NCBI GenBank assembly: GCA_951406725.2
Contig: OX597827.1
Span: 65,286,001-65,350,000 of the forward strand
DNA: 64,000 nt
Direction: 5' to 3'
Source: Octopus vulgaris
Taxonomy: Eukaryota
Part shown: one piece after another, positions 1 through 13,430 of the stretch
Layout of the letters: the number at the start of each line of letters is the position of its first letter
Numbering within the stretch: the first letter of the stretch is position 1
Translations under genes and position numbers: made by a program
Notes under the pieces: generated by a model
What the model saw: the letters and a program-made list of their open reading frames with translations, nothing else
The model's database searches: none
What the model was told of the DNA's origin: nothing

Positions 1-170
1 TACACGCAACGGGTTTCTTCCAGTTTCTGTCTACCAAATCCACTCGTAAGGCTTTGGTCGCCCAGTGGCTATAGTATAAGACGCCTGCCCAACGTGTTAC
101 GCAGTGGAACTGAACCCGGAAAGATGTGATTGGGAGGCAATCTTCTTATTACATATCCATGCCTGCTCGT
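1..170 (-). mobile_element. tRNA-derived SINE family A, 5' half (cut by window edge)
   Basis: Matches reverse complement of the complete copy at 57942-58338 (tctaccaaatccactc...ggaactgaacccgga). Confidence 0.85.
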
Positions 171-440
171 ATATTGAATTCTAAAAAGAAATGTCAAAAC
201 TTTCCAAGTTTAAGGTCGAGTAAACTAGCGTTTGGCCGAGTAAACCTATTCCAGTGTTTATATTTTGAAGTTGTGTAAGTTACGGTAAGTTACGGAAACG
301 CAAGCGAATCAACTTCCATAGTATATTTATGTAACACTTTATTCATTGCCAGAAGTTTGTCAAAGGAGATTTCAATCCAAACAGTACTGATGTTATATAT
401 GTGAACCTAGGTAGCAACCATAATGAACATGATAAATGTA

Positions 441-675
441 CTGGGTTGGTGCATAATTATGGCGGCTTTTCTCAACAAATTTTATTCAACAAAAACAATA
501 ACAACATGTAACAAAAACATCTTTAAATGATTATTCCTGATCATATTCACCATCTACTTCAATTACTTTTTCCCGTTTTCTTGGCATTTAGAGATATTTT
601 TGTTTACTATTGTTAGTGTTTTTTGTTGAATAAAATTTATTAAACATCAGCCGCAATAATTATGCACGAACCCTA
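441..675 (-). mobile_element. mariner-derived MITE (internally deleted)
   Basis: TA-flanked TIRs ctgggttggtgcataattatggcggct / agccgcaataattatgcacgaaccct, with further inverted similarity inward; interior keeps a mariner C-terminal remnant on the minus strand (REKVIEVDGEYDQE*). Confidence 0.75.
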
Positions 676-686
676 TAATTCTTTTT

Positions 687-1032
687 GCTGTGTGGTAAGT
701 AGCTTGCGTGGTACCTTGGGCAAACGTCTTCTACTATAACCTCAGGCCGACCAAAGCCTTGTGAGTGGATTTGGTAGACGGAAACTGAAAGAAGCCCGTC
801 ATATATATGTATATGTGTATGTGTGTATATGTTTATGTGTCTGTATTTGTCCCACAACATCGCTTGGTGTGTTTACGTACCCGTAACTTAGCGGTTCGGC
901 AAACGAGACCGATAGAATAAGTACTAGGCTTCCAAAGAATAAGCCCCGGGGTCAATTTGCTTGATTAAAGGCGGTGCTCCAGCATGGCCGCAGTCACATG
1001 ACTGAAACAAGTAAAAGAGAAAAAGAAAGAGA
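687..1032 (+). mobile_element. SINE family A (deletion in head)
   Basis: ccttgggcaa...ggatttggtagacggaaactgaaagaagcccgtc, internal microsatellite, 3' ggcggtgctccagcatggccgcagtc...gtaaaagag tail. Confidence 0.9.
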
Positions 1033-1127
1033 GCCTTAGTTTACTTATACACACACATACACAGTGACACACAACGCACATACACACACAATGTGTCTAG
1101 TTGTGTGTGCATGTGTATATATATATA

Positions 1128-1685
1128 TGCCCGAGCAAAATGCCCCCCATCCAATGGACGGTGCTGAATCATATCTGCTGAATAAAAACAAACAGTGTTT
1201 TCTTTTCATTAAAAAATAATTAAGCCTGCCTTTATTTCAAAAAATTTTTTGGTTTTGCTAAACGAAGTTAAGGCAAAAAAAAAAAAAAAAAACTTCTTGA
1301 GAAACCAAATAGTCTTTCCTTTCTTCATGCCAAGTTTGAAAAATATCTCGTTTGCATCTTACTTTTTTGGTCTTTTAAATAGACTGCATTTTGTGGCATT
1401 ATTTCAAGCCAGCCGGCTTTTTTTGCGCAAACTGCACTTGCATTTTTCTCGCGTACGCGTTGTATCGATCACAACAGCTGATGTACTTGTGCGGTACAAA
1501 TGCAAGTTCCCACGGCTTTATCGATCGTATTCTTACCTGGAATCAATTTTTGTAAGTTTTTTTCATGACTTATACACGCCTTGATACCGTGGGTATCTAG
1601 ATATGAAATTTGAGCGCATTCGGATGGAGGATACCCGAGATCCTAGAAGACACACAGACAGACAGAACGGATTTTGTATAATAGA
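1128..1685 (-). mobile_element. non-autonomous Helitron-like element
   Basis: Minus strand begins A|TCtattatacaaaatccgttctgtctgtctgtg (Helitron 5' TC end); subterminal hairpin ccgtcc-att-ggatgg near the 3' end; CTAG end degenerate. Confidence 0.55.
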
Positions 1686-2043
1686 TAATTATGAAAATAT
1701 ATTTGAAAACAGAGCATTCCTTCTCGGCACGGAAAATTGTGCAAACTTTGTGATAAAATTTGTTCCAAATTAATTACAGTGGCATTAGATTGATGTATTG
1801 CGGGCATCTTTTCATTTCTCCTCCTTCTCACGCACACTGTCAAGTTGAGACTAGACAGTACAACCATTCAAAGTAAAATACCAATAGTAATTAACTGTTC
1901 CAGCAAAGAGAACACAAATTATTGAACTGCATAGTAGGTCCATGAAATATAACCGATGGTGGTTATATTTTTTTTACGTATTTTGGTTCAGATATATGAA
2001 AACAAATGCGCTTACCATTGCGTGTAATTCAATCTTTTAAAAT

Positions 2044-2260
2044 CTTTTTATTCTTTTAATCGTTTCAGTCATTTGACTGCGGCCATGCTAGAACTCCGCC
2101 TATTAGTCGAGCAAATCGACCCCAGGACTTATTCTTTGTTAGCCTAGTACTTATTTTATCGGCCCCTTTTACCGAACTGCTTTACTACGGGGAGGTAAAC
2201 ACACCGTCATCGGTTATCAAGCGATGCTGGGGGGACAAACACAGACACACAAACATACAC
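2044..2260 (-). mobile_element. SINE family A, 3' half
   Basis: tttcagtcatttgactgcggccatgct...ggggacaaacacagacacac. Confidence 0.85.
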
Positions 2261-2515
2261 ACACATACATACATGCATACATAAATACATACATACATAT
2301 AGTGCTTGAATGTATATATACAGGTGTATGTTTGATCGTGCATCTGTTTCTATGCGACTTTCTATGTACTTATGTGTATGCGTATGTATTCAAATACGCC
2401 TCAAGAGTAAAGTGTGACACAGCCACACACGCACATATATATATATATATTTATACGTGTACATATATACATTTATATATATATATATAAGCATAAGCAT
2501 ACATAGCTCTCTCTC

Positions 2516-2547
<32 letters not shown>

Positions 2548-2631
2548 TATATGCATATATAAATAAATATATATCTATTCATATATATTTATATGTATAA
2601 ATATATATATAAATATATATTTATATGCATC

Positions 2632-2706
<75 letters not shown>

Positions 2707-3203
2707 GAATATACATGATTCTAGAATGTTTGAGTGCACGATATTTATTCCATTACAGAATTTGCGACAATTTTCTTTATGATTATACTAAATCTGATAA
2801 CATTTTGTTGAATTATTTTCCTTTCATTGAAATAAATTTATTTACTATAAAACGAACAATAATTATTTGATCTTAGAATATACCTTCCATTCTTTTTTTA
2901 TTTTTTGTAATCACCTCAAGCGAAGACCATCTCGAGCCATCGTGAAAAGTTGCAGAAGTTCTCAAAGAGAGGAATCTTTACATCTTTGAGTTTCGTAATT
3001 GCTTCCAATTTTGCGATATCAGTTTTTCATTTATTTACTATAGTTCTGAAGATGTTCATTCCTGCTTTAGAATGAAGTGAGTTCATCACCCGTTCCGATC
3101 ACACTTTTTCTTCTGTTCCGTTTAATTCTTTTAAGGTTTCAAAATATTTAATCTGCAAAGAAGTATAAAGGGACACACACCAACACGTGTGCATATGTAT
3201 TTC

Positions 3204-3268
<65 letters not shown>

Positions 3269-3359
3269 CATGTTTCTTTCCCACTCTCTCTCTCTCCTCA
3301 TGTATATGAGTGTGTATGTATGTATATATCTATTGATCGTCTCCAATTTTTTTTTCACA

Positions 3360-3475
3360 ATCACTTTTGTTCGGAATTCGACCCATTTTTTTTCTTTTAT
3401 TCTTCCGCAAAAGAAAACCTGTCCTTTGTATTTTGACCCTTCTGTGTTCAGCCCTGCGTGGGCAATAAAGAAATC
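3360..3475 (+). mobile_element. 3' end of a LINE (putative L1/Tx1 3'UTR)
   Basis: Homologous to 23950-24062 and to the reverse complement of 44882-44970; ends agccctgcgtgggcaataaagaaat. Confidence 0.6.
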
Positions 3476-3523
3476 TATCTATACATACATATACATAATA
3501 CACACACACCTACACCCACATAC

Positions 3524-3578
<55 letters not shown>

Positions 3579-3580
<2 letters not shown>

Positions 3581-3899
3581 AAAATTAAGGGTAAAAATTG
3601 ATATCAGTCAATTAAAACCAGTGGTCTAGCACATTAACAAGAATCCGAAGATTAAAATATTTATATATACCAATTAAGGACTGAACACGAAAAAGTGGAC
3701 AGTCAACATGCTAGATATAGACGTCAAATCGCCATTCTCCACAAAGATTTTGTTCTCAAAAAAATAAAATAAAATAAAATTCAGCACGAATTCAGTCGTG
3801 CTGAATTTTATTTTATTTGAGAACAAAATCTTTGTGGAGAAATGGCGATTTGACGTCTATATCTAGCATGTTGACTGTCCACTTTTTCGTGTTCAATCC

Positions 3900-3904
<5 letters not shown>
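3579..3904. mobile_element. (TA)n-embedded fold-back element with ~110-bp palindromic arms
   Basis: 3673-3789 is a near-perfect reverse complement of 3796-3904 with a 6-nt loop; unique extension 3579-3672; (TA)n on both sides. Confidence 0.85.
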
Positions 3905-3938
<34 letters not shown>

Positions 3939-4085
3939 CTGCTCTGTTGTTTCTTCACCAGTCTTCATCTTTTGTTTTCTCTAAATTTGTCAGGCGGAGA
4001 TAGCAGGAAAGGATGAAATAATATATATATATATATATGTGTGTGTGTATGTGTGTGTGTGTGTGTGTGTGTGTCAGTGTGTGAG

Positions 4086-4116
<31 letters not shown>

Positions 4117-4737
4117 GTACATCTGTGCAACCTCCATAAATCCATACATACACATTTGCATATATTTTAGTCTCACGTAGACTTTAGCATAATCTAGACG
4201 GATGTCTTCAAATATGTTTTTAAGCTAATGAAATTATAACTTCAGTCTGTAGCAACGTCATTAACGTTCGTAAAATTTTATTTAACTTATACACGAAACC
4301 TTATGTGATTTAGAGTGATAGAATATAAGACAGTTAGTTACAGTGGTTCGCAGAATATCTTGCATGAATGAAAGAGTGTACATCTACATGGTGTCAAGGT
4401 CTATTAGGCAAAGGTATACAGTTTTTTTTAACAAATCACATCTTACCTTTTTCAGAATAGGAAACAACACGTTTCATAAAATAGTTTTAAAAGTATAAAA
4501 CGAAACAAAAACGAAACGGAGCAATCGCGGCTAAAACAAATTTTATTATCAAGAAACTTATTTATTTATGACTGACCGGAAGATAAATGACAAGATGAAA
4601 TACTCTGTATGGTTGCCGAATATAAGAATATCTCAATAATTTATCATTACTTGTCATTGCCCGCTATCTACATTCACTGCTGGAAATTCAGCGAGGCAGA
4701 GACCTGTCTTTTAATCTTTCATGTTAAAAATATATTT

Positions 4738-5053
4738 GTTGTTATTTGTTCCTTATTGAGCCATGCCTGGCTCATAAGGGCCGGTTTCCCGGTTTCCCGG
4801 TTTCATTGCGGTATAGTTTCCCCACCTGGACAGGAGGCCGGTACGCCACAGGTGAGCTGCTAGATGCATGAGGGAAGAGTGAGAGAAAGTTGTGGCGAGA
4901 GAGTCAGCATAAGTTCGCCATTACCTTCCGCCGGAGACACGTAGAGTTTAGGTGTTTCATTTATAAACACACATATCGCCCGGTCTAAGGTTCAAACATG
5001 CGATCCCACGACCGCGAGCCCGCTGCTCTAACCACTAGGCTATGAGCCTCCAC
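4738..5053 (-). mobile_element. tRNA-derived SINE family C (3' type 2)
   Basis: Minus strand head tggaggctcatagcctagtggttagagcagcgggctcgcggtc with B-box-like motif; tail cccttatgagccaggcatggctc...aacaaataacaac; homologous to 26215-26519. Confidence 0.85.
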
Positions 5054-7019
5054 AAAAATAATATATTAGGAACCCAAATAATTATAAAATCGTATTAATC
5101 GTGAAACCCGGTCCAGTTAAAATGTCTTAAGTAGTCGTTATCATTGATCGTTTATAAGTTTTTATGTTCTGTCGAATATATTATACGTGGGGTGTAGAGA
5201 CAGATATTCTTCTTAATTGCAACCTTTACTTTCTATGTCAAAATTTTCTCTCAATCAATAATACTATCATGAGTCAAATAAATAATCATATAATTACTAA
5301 TGCAGTGATTCGTGTTCGTAGCCCCTTTCCTCGATCGAATGGACACTGCCAAAATATATGACATTGTGCCAGCATTAGAAACACTTAACGCATCAATGTG
5401 CTAGAATCGCTGGCGCACCGAATAAAATACTTTGCGGCATATTTTCTCGGCTTTACGTTTCTTGGTTTGAATTGCGTGCAGATCGATGTAGCTTTTCCAC
5501 CTTCCAGTGATCGATAATATAACTGACAGCTCAGCTTAGCAGTGGTGTCGTTATAACTAATGATTTTCTCCCGCCGCATATTTATTCGCCTTGTGCTGAC
5601 ATTGGAAACAATATTAGAAATATCAATTTATCTTAACAAGAGTCAAAAATGTTGTTATGTCGCACGTTCGGATGCCTTCTCTTCAACTCGACTCCACTCT
5701 ACTCTGACTGCTACTCTCCTGTTCTCTCTGTTTCTTTATTAGCCACAAGGGCCCAAACATAGAGAGAGACAAACAAGGACAGACAGGACACCACAGATAG
5801 GACAATACATAGAACGAATATGATGAGATGATTATACAATAATGGTGTTATGAATGGCTGCATGCGCCCCTCATCACATGCATTACCATTAATCTTTTTA
5901 AACTGTCCGTTTTTATCCTATGTTTAACTAACAATTAATTATCGTCTACCATTACAATTATTTGAACCGTTATATGTTCTCTAAAAATGTTCTATTTTCC
6001 GATATTATTGAACATATCTTCTGTTCTCTCTACCCTGACGTCTAGACGTCTCCCACTATACGTATTGGGCTAGTCTACATCATCATCTGGGGGCTTCTAC
6101 ACACAACAAATGTTTATATGAATCGGAAGTATATCCTCGGATGTTCACCTCACGCATTTCTTGATAAGATTCTAAGTGTCGAGTAAAATATTTGCTTTTT
6201 ACATGTGCATGACGTTAAAATACATTCATGATATCAAAATGCATCCATTCGGGAACTCGAGAATATTGTGGAATGTGGGGTCATCCATTAGTTACCATTA
6301 CTCCCAGGTTCGTTCTAACCCGAAACGGTAGTGGATATCAGGGTTCCGTCAATGAGTTAAATATATTTATATAAGGTAGATTAAGCTCCTTAACTGCAGT
6401 GAAAGAAAGCACCCTAAAAGGAAGACTCTAAAATTAATACCATCTTCCAACATGCCCTATGCCAGCACATCATAGCATGACCGATGAAAGTAACACGAAG
6501 TACACTACCGTCAGAAATTAATTAGCACCCTTGATTTGCTCTCCACTCAAGGTATGTACTGTCACCTAGTGGCCATATCTCGAACTATTGCTTTGTTGCG
6601 AGTTCACTGTTGCGCAGAACGATGACGTAACTTTGTTTGCAGAGCAGTTTGAGAGTCTACAGCCTTATGATGTTGACATAGCAGTGCAACAACAACTTGG
6701 AGTGCGGATGCAGACAAATCTTCCTTTGTTTAATAGATATAGGTAGCGCCTCGCAAGGACCGAAATCACACCATACTAAGTTTTCTCATCGCGTAAGACG
6801 TTTTGAACAGCTCATAGGTTAATTGATTTAACCTATTTAATGTAGAAATTTGAGAAGTGCTAATTAATTTCTGACGCAAGTGTATGTCCAATAACTTGAA
6901 TTCATAACTATTAAGGCAGTTATCTCATGTTAGTGAGAATTGTGCTGTACGCGGATATAGAAGGAAAGGACGACATGATGATTAATCATGTGAATCGAAA
7001 GAAGCTTAGATTCAAATCT

Positions 7020-7251
7020 AAGGCAGCGAGCTGGCAGAACAGTTAGCACGACGGGCGAAATGCTTAGCAGTATTTCGTCTGCCGCTACGTTCTGAGTTCA
7101 AATTCCGCCGAGGTCGACTTTGCCTTTCATCATTTCGGGGTCGATAAATTAAGTACCAGTTATGCAGTGGGGGCGATGCAATCGACTTAATCGCTTTGTC
7201 TGTCCTTGTTTGTCCCCTCTATGTTTAGCCCTTTGTGGGCAATAAAAAGAA
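7020..7251 (+). mobile_element. tRNA-derived SINE family B with 21-bp TSD
   Basis: ggcagcgagctggcagaa...gagttcaaattcc B box; central tttcatcatttcggggtcgataaattaagtacc (Meta-domain-like); TSD aaagaagYttagattcaaatc at 6998-7018 and 7252-7272. Confidence 0.9.
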
Positions 7252-8082
7252 AAAGAAGTTTAGATTCAAATCATACAGGTATAAGATATGATATTGTATA
7301 TTTTCGGGGCTTCGAACGGGAGTTGACTATGCAAACAAATGGTTAAAGTTATTCCAGTCCTTCTAAATGGTATCGTTTACGTTATTGTAGGCTTAGTGTA
7401 ACGCCGGCTGAGTTATTCGCTATGACTTCGCTTTTTTGTATATGATGGTGAATTGTGATTTATGGCTTTCATGTAAAAGCGTTACCTAAATGTTGGGTTG
7501 TGTAATACAAATACGTGTAATACACTTTAACGCTCACGTAAATTCTAGTGATATCAGTGTTACAGCGTTGCATGAAACGAGTTTCCATTAAAAAAAAAAC
7601 AAACAAAATACATGCAAAAGACAAGACGATATGACTAGACAAACAATAATGTTAAAATATAGTAGAAAAACAAGACATATAAATATATAAGCAAATTCAA
7701 CGCATGTACACTTCATCGATATTATCTATCAACAAAATCGAGATTTTGATACTGAAGATAACTGCACTGCTTGTTGATTTTACATCTTAAAAATGATATG
7801 GAAATATTTGTCTTTTGTAACGGAGTGGATATTTGTTGTTAATCGTAGCTTTCAACTGACTGTATTATGTCTGAGTTCACAAAGAAACGTGTATTAAAAA
7901 CAAATGGTGGTAGATATCTGGAAAGCAGACCAGTCTGAGAAAAGCGTCTGTCGCCATTATAGGCTAGGTATTTTTTCTTGTTATATGGGGGCATAAATCT
8001 TATAATATCCCCACAATGATTAAGAGTACCAAACGGCATTTTATACAAATACCTATGCGCCCACACACTGTACGTTGTAATG

Positions 8083-8315
8083 TTCTGGCAGAAACATTAG
8101 CACGCCGGGCGAAATGCGTAGCCGTATTTCGTCTGCCGTATTTCGTTGTGAGTTCAAATTCCGCCGAGGTCGACTTTGCCTTTCATCCTTTCGGGGTCGA
8201 TAAATTAAGTACCAGTTACGCACTGGGGTCGATGTAATCGACTTAATACCTATGTCTGTCTTTGTTTGTCCCCTCTATGTTTAGCCCCTTGTGGGTAATA
8301 AAGAAATAGGTATTT
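8083..8315 (+). mobile_element. SINE family B
   Basis: High identity to 7020-7251. Confidence 0.9.
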
Positions 8316-8761
8316 ATTGTACGAAAATATATTAATTAATCGTTGACTTGCTTTGCTTCCTGTCAGCAGTTAGTGCCTGCTTTCATTTTAATAAGCAAGG
8401 TTTCACTAAATTACCCTCCTGCTGTTGGATGCTGTCTATTATAAATTGCAAAATGTCGAAGAAAGCAATTTACTTTCATACAAAATATACACAAATAACT
8501 TTCAGAAGACAAGGCAACGAATGAAATGTAGGTAGCTTCCTTAATCATTGATTCATTAATTACTGACACAAGATAACACAGTATGCTCAATTATAAACCA
8601 TGTTCCACTTATCACGGTTTGTTCTGCCATAATAAGTGTCGAAGATTCTGCTTGTACCGAAAAAAGGTGTTCCAATGACCACTCTCAGTGCTCAGTTATC
8701 TGGAATACACTAGCTATGGCTTATATGACCGTGTTGCCAAGCTGTCTATTTTTCCTTCATA

Positions 8762-9141
8762 AGGAGTCGCAATGGCCCAGTGGTTAGGGCAGCGGACTCG
8801 CGGTCATATGATCGCGGTTTCGATTCCCATACCGGGCGTTGTGAGTGTTTATTGAGCGAAAACACCTAAAGCTCCACGAGGCTCCGGCAGGGGATGGTGG
8901 TGAATCCTGCTGTACTCTTTCACCACAACTTTCTCTCACGCTTTCTTCCTGTTTCTGTTGTACCTGTATTTCAAAGGGCCGGCCTTGTCATTCTCTGTGT
9001 CACGCTGAATATCCCCGAGAACTACGTTAAGGGTACACGTGTCTGTGGAGTGCTCAACCACTTACACGTTAATTTCACGAGCAGGCTGTTCCGTTGATTC
9101 GGATCAACCGGAACCCTCGTCGTCGTAACCGACGGAGTGCT
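8762..9141 (+). mobile_element. SINE family C (3' type 1), full length
   Basis: A box tggcccagtgg, B box ggtttcgattccc; 3' part ...cacgagcaggctgttccgttgat...gtaaccgacggagtgc. Confidence 0.9.
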
Positions 9142-9791
9142 TCCATCCATTTCTTTCATAAGATATTGCGTATTTGTATCTATCAACGTGAGACCAGTGA
9201 AAAAAAATACGAAGACTCCTGGACCTAACAAATGGCACAGACTAAAGTAATAAAATACGTGACCGTGAAAACTACGTTTCTGCAGAGGTGCTTTATTTAA
9301 AACTGATTCATTTATTACTGTGATATGTTTGGAAAGAAACACCATGGTGATAAACGAGGATATATGTACTAATAGAAAAATGTGGACAGATTTATCCGGA
9401 AAATGAAATGGTGAGCAAGCTTTTTCAACGGAGAAGATAACACATTCATGGCTTCAAAATTTCGTATATAAATCATATGATTCTCGAGAAGAGAATTAAA
9501 AAAAAAATGTTTATTGTAAACATTCAATTAAATAAAAAGAAAAGAAAACATTAACGATAATTAAGATTCTGAAATTTCGAAATGGAAATAAAATGAAATA
9601 AAAGCAAAACAATAAGCGAAATAAAATTAGAGATATTCCACCTACATATTCTTGAAATCTGATAAGTGAAAAAAATTATACCGAATAGATTAGAGCACCT
9701 AACAACGCCACTTATCAAACACAATCACCAGAAACTAGAGAAATTGCGACAAAAGAATTATGTTTATGAATTTTATGTCTGTGGGTACACA

Positions 9792-9824
<33 letters not shown>

Positions 9825-10110
9825 GCACCTATATATATATATATATATATATATATAGGTGTGTGTGTATATATATATATATATACGCAAAACACGTAAA
9901 GACAGACACATATAAAATATTCTTGTATTGTTTATTCGTAGGAGAAAGACAGAATCAATATTACAAGAATGAAAAATACTGCACTCAATACTATGAAAAG
10001 GTTGAGGCTGATGTATTTATATTTTGCCAACGGGGAAATTCAATTTGAATCGAAACAAGATAAACTCTTTAATCTACTCACCGCATTCACTGTATACTCG
10101 CACATAGAAA

Positions 10111-10236
<126 letters not shown>

Positions 10237-10594
10237 CAATCTGTCTGACTGTGCATCTGTCTGTCTATCTATATGTATGTATACACGCATATACTTAGAG
10301 ACACTCACAGACATACACATACACAGATACATTCTGCGTTAAAGTAAGAAACGGCGACGAGTGAACATTCTGTAAATAATAATTGCGATTAGAATTCACT
10401 GTATATTGGTTACAGAAAATAGTCTGATATTAGGGCATCTAGATGTAGGGCACATATGGAAAAATTTACAGAACTCTTTCTGCCGCGGGCTTCTGTAGCC
10501 TAATATACAACTACACTTCGGATATTTATAATCTTAAAGATTATCTTCATTATTTACAGAATATATATAATATATAATACACACAGGGACGCAC

Positions 10595-10628
<34 letters not shown>

Positions 10629-10653
10629 GTGTCTGTGTTTGTGTACGCGTATC

Positions 10654-10698
<45 letters not shown>

Positions 10699-10699
<1 letters not shown>

Positions 10700-11035
10700 C
10701 CAATAAAGTTAGGGGTTGTTGGTCCAATCTAATAAGGGATAATATTTATCCGATATACTGTTGGTATAATACCCAATTATAAATACACAAGTGTTTTTTT
10801 ATTGCATTGCAATTAACTTACCTACTGTATTAAATGGGAGATGGTAAAGAAATATTTTACTATTAATTTATATTGCTAATAAGAAAATGGAGAAGCACAT
10901 TAGTTGGTTCATCAACTTTAGGACGAGATACTTTTATCTATAGACTGAAACAGCTGTAAGTGATTTTAATAATTTATATTCATGTATTTTTATAACTGCT
11001 TGTATTCTTAACTTATATGCATAGAATAATATACT
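10699..11035 (+). mobile_element. (TA)n-flanked short element with degenerate hammerhead-like motif
   Basis: Bounded by TA/ATGT repeats; contains gaaacagctgta (GAAA + palindromic stem III + GUA) between atcaact/agtgat; upstream core degenerate. Confidence 0.4.
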
Positions 11036-11254
11036 ATATGTATGTATGTTATTATTGTTGTCGTTTTGATAAATGAATAAGTCAACATTTTAATGTCCTA
11101 CTGGCCTTCTGCTAAAATTTGAAACCTGCTAACATTTGAAATGTGGGTATACTCAACAATTCAGATAGCTACAAAACTGGAGTAGCTAAATCGCATGCCG
11201 TATGTGTTAACACATAATATCAATATAACTCACTATTAGGGGCTTGTCCTGTAA

Positions 11255-11395
11255 GGCTGCGTGTTCGCTGAATCGTTAGCACAGCCCAAAAAATAATTAG
11301 AAGCATTACGTTCGTCTTTACGTTTTAAGTTCAAATTCCGCCAAGGTCGAATTTCCCTTTCATCTGTTCGTAGTCGATAGAATAAAGACCCATCC
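11255..11395 (+). mobile_element. degenerate SINE family B
   Basis: gaatcgttagcac...agttcaaattccgccaaggtcga. Confidence 0.7.
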
Positions 11396-11804
11396 AGCAG
11401 AAGTCTCTACGTACTTATATTTTATAGTCTAGGACATCGTCTCCCAAGACTTCTACTTGTGTACCATAATTTGAAAGCGATATTTGTGTTATTTTGGTGC
11501 TAATATTGTATTTCGGTGCTAAAATGAATTATAAACTAGTCGCCCTCGTTCTCTGTGGGTGATATAATGTCTGGTGTGTCTAACCGAAATGTTGTTGACA
11601 TCAGTGTTTTCCATTTTGTCCCATATCGGCTTGGAAATTGACGTTTGAATAATAACACAAAAATAATGAGCTCTCTACACTTTAGTACAAAATCGCATTA
11701 CAAAACTTGATTGGTTTCGTAGCATAATTCCATATAACTAATTGTTTCAGGGTAATGCTATAAAACAAAATTATTTTCGTGTACAAGTAGAAAGAACTGA
11801 AATA

Positions 11805-11835
<31 letters not shown>

Positions 11836-12508
11836 ACGTTATGTACTTAAGTTGAAGCATCAAATCAGTCGGGTATTGGGGTATTATCCGCATAGGTCGA
11901 AATAAGGTGAATAAAATAAGTAACAGGATGTCAAGATGTCAAGTAGTAATATACTACGACCTTTTCAAGGGCCTCTATATAATTGAACAATGTAATTATG
12001 GCATCAATTTCAATCAGCGCTATCTTCGACTGCAAGAATTATGGATATTCAACAGACAAGATTAATAAAAATTTTAAAATATGTTTTAACAGAGAAAGAG
12101 GATGAAAAATTTCATGTTGTCACTATTGAAGCAAGAATAGCTAAGAGACGAACAAACTACAAATTTTAGAGCGGCATGGAACACATGGGGGGTGGTCATA
12201 GAGTAGTAATTTACTTCCAGTTTTGCTATCTCCTTATCAACAACAAAGAATCTAAGACTAGAAGACAGCGTTTATTTAGAATAAAGAAGAAAGTGAATTG
12301 GGACCTCAACCTACAAGAAAAACAAATAAAACATTAGAAAGAGTCAATTAGATAGCAGTAAATGTCTATAAAAGAGGTAGTGTAGGGGTGACATTAATTC
12401 ATGACGATGTTACCAGTTAAAGGGGCATACACTATGAAACTTTCGATGCTACTTAGGATGTTTGAGGAAAACATTAGGGGCTCAATGGAAAAAACATTTA
12501 TAAACAAT

Positions 12509-13070
12509 AGGCGTAGGAGTAGCTGTATGGTAGTAGCTTGCTTACGAACCACATGGTTCCTGGTTCAGTCCCACAGCGTGGCATCTTGGGCAGGTGTCTT
12601 CTACTATAGCCACGGGCCGACCAAAGCCTTGTGAGTGGATTTGGTAGACGGAAACTGAAAGAATCCCGTCGTATATATGTATATGTATATATATATATAT
12701 TTTTTTTTTTTTCTTTATCTAAAAGCAACAGAAATTCAACAAAACTTGTTACTCGGAGTTTCCCGTTCGTCGGACAGTTTGGTATTTGAGTACTCTTTTT
12801 TACCACCTTGTTTCACATTTATGTGTTTACTCCGGTCTATATATATACATAAATATGCATGTATATGTGTTTCTGTGTTTGTCCCCCAAACATCGCTTAA
12901 CAACCGATGCTGGGGTGTTTACGCCCCCTTAACTTACCGGTTCGGCAAAAGAGACCGAAAGAATAAGCATTAGGCTTACAAAGAACAAATCCTGGGGTCG
13001 ATTTGCTCGACTAAAAAGGCGGTGCTCCATCATGGCCACAGTCAAATGACCGAAACAAGTGAAAGAGTAA
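12509..13070 (+). mobile_element. SINE family A with nested insert in its internal microsatellite
   Basis: Full head aggcgtaggagtagctg... to tail gtgaaagagt; interrupted at about 12700-12838. Confidence 0.9.
12747..12776 (-). ncRNA. minimal type-I hammerhead ribozyme motif (stem II absent)
   Basis: Minus strand ugu-CCGACGA-acgg-GAAAC-uccga-GUA-aca. Confidence 0.5.
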
Positions 13071-13152
13071 ACATTATTATGTTGTGTAAAAAGTAAAAGT
13101 TTAAAAATTCTAGAAAAGGATATCATAACCAGTTTCGCTAAGATTGATATAT

Positions 13153-13368
13153 ACTCTTTTACTCTTTTACTTGTTTCAGTCATTTGACTGCGGCCATGCT
13201 GGAGCACCGCCTTTAGTCGAGCAAATCGACCCCGGGACTTATTCTTTGTAAGCCCAGTACTTATTCTATCGGTCTCTTTTGCCGAATAGCCAAGTGACGG
13301 GGACGTAAACGCTCCAGCATCGGTTGTCAAGCAATGCTAGGGGGACAAACACAGACACACAAACACAC

Positions 13369-13430
<62 letters not shown>

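Noticed and set aside
6620-6742. Apparent exon with AG/GT ends
   Set aside because: Frame reads NDDVTLFAEQFESLQ, more like a decayed LINE RT (YADD region); too degenerate to call either way
8762-8835. tRNA-like sequence
   Set aside because: Head of a dispersed SINE continuing into the SINE body; no complete cloverleaf supported
13121-13150. Half hammerhead (gcgaaactggtta, minus strand) between two SINEs
   Set aside because: No CUGANGA-type core present; at best a truncated remnant
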